From Dehalococcoidia bacterium (GTDB taxonomy: Bacteria > Chloroflexota > Dehalococcoidia > SHYB01): a stretch of DNA of 64,000 bases. How positions within the stretch are numbered: the stretch's first letter is position 1; each line of letters starts with the position of its first letter. The notes below the pieces were generated by a model. That model saw only the letters and a program-made list of their open reading frames with translations. It searched no databases and was not told the origin of the DNA. Position numbers and translations under genes: made by a program. The DNA lies in the NCBI GenBank assembly GCA_965248515.1, contig CBDFJU010000002.1:767688-831687 (forward strand), in the 5' to 3' direction. This document shows positions 58,742 through 64,000 of this stretch, one piece after another.

Positions 58742-60082
58742 TCAAGACTGGTCTTCGGACCAGTCGAGCATCTCGACCGTGACGCGACTTCCAGCGGGCA
58801 TCAGGGGCACTTCTTCGGGGCAGATGGCGAGGCCGTTGGCCTTCGCCATCGAGGTCAGCACGCCGGAGCCTTGCGGTCCGGTAAGGCGGGCGTAGTAGCG
58901 GCCTTCGCGTTTCGTCACCCACGCCCGGGCATACACTCTCCGCTCGTCGTGGTTCTCGATGGGGTCTTCCAATGTGGCTTCGATGGTCGGCTTGGACAGG
59001 TCCATCCGGCCCATCATCTTCAGGATCGCCGGACGGCCGAACTGCTCGAACGCCACCAGAGAGCTCACGGGATTGCCGGGCAGGCCGAGATGGGGGACGG
59101 GCCTTCCGAAGCCACCCGCGCCGGGGGCCTTGAGGACGCCGAAGGCGAGGGGCTTCGCAGGCTTCATGCGTACGGTCCAGAAGGCGATCTCGCCCTGTCT
59201 CATCAAAACGTCTTTGACGATGTCGTAGTCGCCACGGGAGACGCCCGCGGTGGTTATCAGCAGGTCTGTGTCGAGACCCTCGGCAATCTTCGCTTCCAGG
59301 GAGTTGAGATTGTCCCTGGCAATGCCGAGGAGCTTCGGGACCCCGCCGTAGCGAAGGACAGAAGCGGCGATGCTAAAGGTGTTGCTGTTATAGATCTGTC
59401 CCGGCCGGACCGGCGCCGGGGGCTCGACCAGCTCGTCGCCAGTGGCGAGGATGCCGACAACTGGGCGGCGCACCACCGGTGCGGCGTCGAAGCCCAGGGA
59501 TGACAGGACGCCGATCTCCGCCGGCCGCAGAACAGTCCCCTGGCTCAGGACCAGGTCGCCTTTCCTGATGTCTTCCCCGGCCTCGCGGATGTTTGACCCC
59601 GGGGGCAGGTCGGCCATGACGCGGACCTCTTCGCCAATGGCCTCTCCCTGGCGGGCCCGGTGCAGCTCATCAGTTTCCTCGAACGGCACCACCGCGTCGG
59701 CGCCGTCGGGGATCGGGGCCCCGGTCATGATGCGAATGGCCTGGCCCTTGCCGACCCTTGTGCTCGGCACCTGGCCCGCGGCAAGATGGCCGACCACGTC
59801 GAGCAGCACTCCGCTCGCGGAGCCGGCGTCGTGGATATCGCCGGCCCGGACCGCGTAGCCGTCCATCGAGGAGTTCGGCAGCATGGGCACGTCGAGCCCT
59901 GCCTGGACGTTGGTGGCCAGCACCTGGCCCAGGGCTTCGAGGAGGGGCGTGTCCTCGGCATCGAGGACGTTAACATAACTCAGGATCTTGTCCCGCGCCT
60001 CCTCCACGCTCAGCCAATCGGGCATCTTGGGCATGCCTTGGTGGGCGTGGCGGTCATGAGCGTGGACGTGCGGCGATGCCAT
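58742..60082 (-). CDS. moeA: Molybdopterin molybdenumtransferase
   Basis: NSSMDGYAVR, RIMTGAPIPDGADAVV, TGDEL, GVSRGDYD, GLPGNPVS; ATG 60082 with GAGG RBS. Confidence 0.93.
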   Translation of the reverse strand: MASPHVHAHDRHAHQGMPKMPDWLSVEEARDKILSYVNVLDAEDTPLLEALGQVLATNVQAGLDVPMLPNSSMDGYAVRAGDIHDAGSASGVLLDVVGHLAAGQVPSTRVGKGQAIRIMTGAPIPDGADAVVPFEETDELHRARQGEAIGEEVRVMADLPPGSNIREAGEDIRKGDLVLSQGTVLRPAEIGVLSSLGFDAAPVVRRPVVGILATGDELVEPPAPVRPGQIYNSNTFSIAASVLRYGGVPKLLGIARDNLNSLEAKIAEGLDTDLLITTAGVSRGDYDIVKDVLMRQGEIAFWTVRMKPAKPLAFGVLKAPGAGGFGRPVPHLGLPGNPVSSLVAFEQFGRPAILKMMGRMDLSKPTIEATLEDPIENHDERRVYARAWVTKREGRYYARLTGPQGSGVLTSMAKANGLAICPEEVPLMPAGSRVTVEMLDWSEDQS

Positions 60083-60234
60083 GGGGACGATACCTCGCGG
60101 GGTCAGCCAATTGTAGGGGATGGCCCTTTCCAGCGTCAACGAGAACGACGGGTCTGGCCCAGAGAGCGAGGCTCCTGTCCCGTTTTTGGGGTTGACCGTC
60201 CTGTTTGACGTTTCGGCGAGGATGCCTTCTTCTG

Positions 60235-60263
60235 TTGCCTCGCCTCTTTGCGGACGTTATACT
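60235..60263 (+). promoter_or_regulatory. sigma70 promoter of rel
   Basis: TTGCCT-N17-TATACT. Confidence 0.6.
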
Positions 60264-60295
60264 GAGGAGAGTGAATCGTTTCCCGAGGCCCTGAG

Positions 60296-62455
60296 ATGGC
60301 CGTCTCCGTCACGACTCTTCTGGGCAAGGCCCAGGAATATCTGCCCCCCGATAAGGTCTCTCTCGTACAGGAGGCCTATGAGGTGGCCGAGTTCGGCCAC
60401 CAGGGACAGATGCGCAAGTCGGGCGCCCCTTACATCGAACATCCGGTCCGGGTCGCCCTCCTCCTTGCCGATCTTCAGCTCGATAGCCACACGCTGAGCG
60501 GCGCCCTTCTTCACGACGTCCTCGAAGACACGAAGGTCACGAAGGAAGAGCTCGAGCGCCGCTTCGGTCCCGACGTGCGTAAGCTCGTGGACGGCGTGAC
60601 CAAGCTGAACAAGATCGAGTACCAGACGAGCCACAATGGCGCGGGCCAGGGCCTCGATGGTGCGCACACAGGCCTCCAGGCCGAGAGCCTGCGTAAGATG
60701 CTCGTGGCCATGGCGGAGGACGTCCGGGTGATCCTCATCAAGCTCGCCGACCGACTCCACAACATGCAGACCATCAAGGCGCTGCGCCCCGAGACCCAGT
60801 TCCGAATCGCCCGGGAGACGCTCGACGTCTACGCTCCGCTAGCCCACCGGCTCGGCATCTCGAACTTCGGATGGCAGCTCGAAGACCTGGCCTTCCGCTG
60901 TCTCTATAGCGAGCGATATCGGGAGATATCGAAGCTCCTCGCGACAAGCCGCAAGCGCCGCGAGGACTTCATCCACCAGGTCCGCAGCACCCTCACGAAA
61001 GAGGTCGATCAAGCCGGTATCAAAGCCGAAATCTACGGCCGGCCGAAACACATCTACAGCATCCACAAGAAGATGGAGCGATATGCGGGCCAGGGCCGCG
61101 ACTTCGACCAGATCTACGATCTGTTCGGGTTCCGGGTGCTTGCCGAAGACATCGGCAATTGCTACGCGATCCTGGGGCTGGTGCACAAGCTGTGGCGGCC
61201 GATTCGCGGCGAGTTCGACGACTATGTGGCCAACCCTCGCGAGAACATGTATCAGTCGCTCCATACCGCGGTCATGGGGCCGAACAACGTTCCGTTCGAG
61301 GTCCAGATCCGGACCCACCGCATGCACGACGTCGCGGAGTACGGCATCGCCGCCCACTTCCGTTACAAAGAAGGGGGCCATGGCGACCATCGCTTCGATG
61401 AGCAGATGACCTGGCTGCGTCAGCTGCTGGAGTTGCAACAGGACCAGCCGGCCGCCGAAGAGTTCATGGAGTCGGTGCGGACCGATATCTTCCCCGACCA
61501 GGTCTTCGTGTACACGCCAAAAGGCGAGGTGCGAGAGCTCCCGACCGGCGCGACGCCCCTCGACTTCGCTTATCGCATCCACACCGAGCTTGGGCACCGC
61601 TGCATCGGTGCAAAAGTGAACGGCAAGATGGTCTCACTCGACAGTGAGCTCCAGAGCGGGGACAGGGTCGAGATCCTCGCGTCGAAGGGGGCGAAGGGGC
61701 CGACCCTGGACTGGCTGAACGACGACCTGGGGTATCTGAGAACGGCGAACGCCAGGGACAAGGTGCGGTCCTGGTTCAGAAGGCGGGCCAGGAACGAGAA
61801 CATCGAAGCGGGGCGGGTGCTACTGGAAAAGGAGTTAAGGCGGATGCACGTGGGGATCGCCGAAGAGGACGTGGCGGCCCTGATGAACTACCCTTCCATA
61901 GACGACCTCTTCGCGGCCATGGGCTCGGGCGCGCTGAGCACGCAGCAAATTGCGCCAAAACTGCTGCCCGTCGAGATCGCCCCGATACCGGACTCCGCTG
62001 CCCCGGACGCCGAAGCCACCGAATCGGTGATGGTTGCCGGGCTCCCGAACATGCTCACGCGCCTGGCACACTGTTGTCATCCCCTCGCTGGCGACGGGAT
62101 TGTGGGCTTCGTGACCAGGTCGCGCGGCGTCAGCGTCCATCGCGAGGGATGCCGGAGCGTCCACAACCTGGAAGCGTCCGGCCGACAGGTCCCGGTTAGC
62201 TGGGGCGTCCGCACCCAGCACTACACCACCAAAGTGGCCATCGTCGCCTGGGACAGGGTGGGCCTGCTCAGCGACATTACCGGGATCGTTTCGTCGGAAG
62301 GCGTGAACATCGCGGCTATCCGCAGCTCGCACCGAAAACAGGGGACCGTCACCGAGCTCCTCACCCTTCAGACCACCGGCGCCGCCCAGCTCAGCCGGAT
62401 CCTGTCCAAGGCGGAGCAGGTCAAGGGCGTCATCTCCGTGAACCGCACCGGCTGA
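60296..62455 (+). CDS. rel: Bifunctional (p)ppGpp synthase/hydrolase
   Basis: HQGQMRKSGAPYIEHP, LLHDVLED (intact HD), KLADRLHNM, GRPKHIYSI, YQSLHT, TGS and ACT domains. Confidence 0.95.
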   Translation: MAVSVTTLLGKAQEYLPPDKVSLVQEAYEVAEFGHQGQMRKSGAPYIEHPVRVALLLADLQLDSHTLSGALLHDVLEDTKVTKEELERRFGPDVRKLVDGVTKLNKIEYQTSHNGAGQGLDGAHTGLQAESLRKMLVAMAEDVRVILIKLADRLHNMQTIKALRPETQFRIARETLDVYAPLAHRLGISNFGWQLEDLAFRCLYSERYREISKLLATSRKRREDFIHQVRSTLTKEVDQAGIKAEIYGRPKHIYSIHKKMERYAGQGRDFDQIYDLFGFRVLAEDIGNCYAILGLVHKLWRPIRGEFDDYVANPRENMYQSLHTAVMGPNNVPFEVQIRTHRMHDVAEYGIAAHFRYKEGGHGDHRFDEQMTWLRQLLELQQDQPAAEEFMESVRTDIFPDQVFVYTPKGEVRELPTGATPLDFAYRIHTELGHRCIGAKVNGKMVSLDSELQSGDRVEILASKGAKGPTLDWLNDDLGYLRTANARDKVRSWFRRRARNENIEAGRVLLEKELRRMHVGIAEEDVAALMNYPSIDDLFAAMGSGALSTQQIAPKLLPVEIAPIPDSAAPDAEATESVMVAGLPNMLTRLAHCCHPLAGDGIVGFVTRSRGVSVHREGCRSVHNLEASGRQVPVSWGVRTQHYTTKVAIVAWDRVGLLSDITGIVSSEGVNIAAIRSSHRKQGTVTELLTLQTTGAAQLSRILSKAEQVKGVISVNRTG

Positions 62456-62471
62456 CCTGCCGCACACAGCA

Positions 62472-62500
62472 TTGCCAGCGCGGAGCGGGCCCGCTAGAAT
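62472..62500 (+). promoter_or_regulatory. sigma70 promoter of rpsT
   Basis: TTGCCA-N17-TAGAAT. Confidence 0.65.
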
Positions 62501-62533
62501 ACAGAAGCAGTATCGCGAAAGAGGAAGACTTCA

Positions 62534-62806
62534 TTGGCCAACCACAACTCGGCAAAAAAGGCCGCCAAGCAAATGGAACGGCGCCGCATGCGGAACCGGG
62601 CCGTGCGCTCGACGCTCAAGACCTACGTCAAGAATGCCGAGGGGACCATCAAGGGCGGCGAGCCGGCCGCGGCCGATGAGGCGGTCTTGAAAGCCGTCAG
62701 CGGACTCGATGTCGCCGTCCGCAAGGGCGTCGTGCACAAGAACCAGGCGGCCCGGCGAAAGTCGCGTTTGATGCGCAAGCTCAACGCCGCCAAGTCCGCC
62801 GGGTAG
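62534..62806 (+). CDS. rpsT: 30S ribosomal protein S20
   Basis: MANHNSAKK..RRMRNRAVRS, KGVVHKNQAARRKSRL. Confidence 0.96.
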   Translation: MANHNSAKKAAKQMERRRMRNRAVRSTLKTYVKNAEGTIKGGEPAAADEAVLKAVSGLDVAVRKGVVHKNQAARRKSRLMRKLNAAKSAG

Positions 62807-62869
62807 ACCCCGGCGTCGACCGGTTCGACTCCTCCTCTTCTCGCTCCTCTTCATCCCGCCAGTGGGGCG

Positions 62870-62899
62870 TTGACACGCCCCCGCGATGCTGGATAGACT
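62870..62899 (+). promoter_or_regulatory. sigma70 promoter of lexA
   Basis: TTGACA(62870-62875)-N18-TAGACT(62894-62899). Confidence 0.7.
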
Positions 62900-62922
62900 G
62901 TTTCAGAACAATCGTTCCAAAC
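62900..62922. promoter_or_regulatory. LexA (SOS) box
   Basis: GAAC-AATC-GTTC at 62906-62917 inside the wider dyad GTTTCAGAACAATCGTTCCAAAC, just downstream of the -10. Confidence 0.85.
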
Positions 62923-62967
62923 CGTGGGCGTTCCATGCCGCGCGTTCTCCACGCCCGAAGGGGAGTC

Positions 62968-63609
62968 ATGCGAAAAACTTCCGAAAAGCAAAAAGCCATC
63001 CTGGCGTACATCCAGGACTTCGTGGGCCAGAAAGGGTATCCCCCGTCGGTCCGGCAAATCCAGGAGGCCTGTGGCATCAGCTCCACTTCGGTTGTCGACT
63101 ACAATCTGCGGATCCTGGAGCAGCGGGGCGAGATTCGGCGCGACCGGGACGTGTCTCGGGGCATCGAGCTCCTGGGCGCCGCGGCGCCTCGTGGTGGGGT
63201 GGCTCAGGTCCCCTTGATGGGGACCATCGCGGCCGGGTCGCCGATACCCATCCCGGAGGCTGGGACATGGACAAGCCAGCCCGAGGAGATGCTTCAAGTC
63301 CCGGAATCCATGGTCAGGGGCAGGGGCGACGTCTATGCCCTCCGGGTCAAGGGCACTTCCATGATCGACGCGCTGGTTAACGACGGCGACGTTGTGCTGG
63401 TGCGCCATCAGCAGACCGCCGACAACGGCGAGATGGTGGTCGCCTGGCTCAAGGAAGAGGAGGAGACGACGTTGAAGAAGCTGCACCAGGAGCGCGACCG
63501 CGTCCGGCTCCAGCCGGCGAACAGTACGATGGAGCCCATCTACACGGCCCCCGAGAACCTCGAGATCCAGGGGAAGGTAATAGGCGTGCTCCGCGACGGC
63601 ATCGTCTAG
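62968..63609 (+). CDS. lexA: SOS repressor LexA
   Basis: GYPPSVRQI, STSVVDYNL, IAAG cleavage site, KGTSM (Ser), TLKK (Lys); ATG 62968 with GGGAG RBS. Confidence 0.95.
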   Translation: MRKTSEKQKAILAYIQDFVGQKGYPPSVRQIQEACGISSTSVVDYNLRILEQRGEIRRDRDVSRGIELLGAAAPRGGVAQVPLMGTIAAGSPIPIPEAGTWTSQPEEMLQVPESMVRGRGDVYALRVKGTSMIDALVNDGDVVLVRHQQTADNGEMVVAWLKEEEETTLKKLHQERDRVRLQPANSTMEPIYTAPENLEIQGKVIGVLRDGIV

Positions 63610-63628
63610 CCCGCGTTGACTCGAAAAG

Positions 63629-63655
63629 AAAAGGGCTCCCGAGGGAGCCCTTTTT
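63629..63655. terminator. Bidirectional Rho-independent terminator
   Basis: AAAAGGGCTCC-CGAG-GGAGCCCTTTT(T) between convergent genes. Confidence 0.85.
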
Positions 63656-63674
63656 CATTCCGGCCGGTCGTCGT

Positions 63675-63818
63675 TTAGTCGGAGGATGGCAGCGCGCGCG
63701 GTTGCTGGACTTCCATCTCCCGCTCGTCGACGAGCAAGGAGCCCTCACCGGCCTTGGTGCAGAGCACTTGAATGCCCGACTGTTCGTCCACGTATCGTCG
63801 TCCAAGTTGGATGGCCAC
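63675..63818 (-). CDS. Small protein (47 aa), desulforedoxin-like with most Cys lost; absent from ORF track
   Basis: GGGAGG RBS and GTG; MAIQLGRRYVDEQSGIQVLCTKAGEGSLLVDEREMEVQQPRALPSSD*. Confidence 0.7.
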   Translation of the reverse strand: MAIQLGRRYVDEQSGIQVLCTKAGEGSLLVDEREMEVQQPRALPSSD

Positions 63819-63836
63819 AAAGCCCTCCCGTTCGTT

Positions 63837-63968
63837 CTAGCTTTTTATTTTCAGCTCGACCTTGTCGCCGCCATGATCGCAATAGAGGGCAGCGTCGCCG
63901 CCGCGGGTCACGATGACTTCCGCCCCACATTTGTCGCAAATATATCGCTTGCCAGTCTCTGCGGGCAC
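63837..63968 (-). CDS. Small desulforedoxin-like metal-binding protein (43 aa); absent from ORF track
   Basis: AGGAGG RBS and GTG; MPAETGKRYICDKCGAEVIVTRGGDAALYCDHGGDKVELKIKS*. Confidence 0.72.
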   Translation of the reverse strand: MPAETGKRYICDKCGAEVIVTRGGDAALYCDHGGDKVELKIKS

Positions 63969-64000
63969 TCGGGGGTTCCTCCTGAACGGCTTTCCAAACA

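Noticed and set aside
60136-60327. 63-aa minus-strand ORF between moeA and rel
   Set aside because: It overlaps the rel start and promoter, with no clear RBS or motif.
1-64000. Genome-wide TAG reassignment
   Set aside because: Many genes end in TAG immediately before the next gene's start or a terminator (e.g. 5273, 7291, 10098, 31069, 63609).
1-64000. tRNA, rRNA or IS elements
   Set aside because: None recognised by eye; a covariance-model scan would be needed to exclude small ncRNAs.

Overview
GC-rich bacterial chromosomal window, probably Chloroflexota/Dehalococcoidia-like (inferred from a GAAC-N4-GTTC LexA box and gene content). Region 1-35.9 kb is a co-directional (+) surface-glycan cluster of about 33 genes. 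It opens with a phosphonate pathway (split phosphonopyruvate decarboxylase, Fe-ADH, cytidylyltransferases and a methylphosphonate synthase carrying the diagnostic Gln/Phe/Ile signature), followed by nonulosonic-acid/Kdo-type, rml, Pgl-like and glycosyltransferase genes. Region 36-44 kb holds a geranylgeranyl reductase/prenol kinase divergon and a cheW-cheA-CHASE hybrid kinase operon. The most unusual locus is 44.2-47.6 kb: a Cascade-only type I-C module (cas5-cas8c-cas7, no adjacent cas3/cas1/cas2/cas4) followed directly by one I-C-like repeat, a 32-nt spacer and a hairpin. The spacer's 5-nt seed, preceded by a TTC PAM, recurs in the predicted cas5 promoter and in the region upstream of cheW, which suggests an RNA-guided regulator. 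Region 47.7-64 kb is mostly housekeeping (yjbQ, Cld/HemQ family, a UxxC ArsC/Spx-like selenoprotein with a SECIS-like hairpin, tldD, nfeD-SPFH, acyP, moeA, rel, rpsT, lexA, two tiny desulforedoxin-like ORFs). Eight single-base frameshifts and three in-frame TAG codons suggest an error-prone consensus sequence, so gene interruptions should be treated cautiously. All protein calls come from motif recognition by eye; no database search was run.
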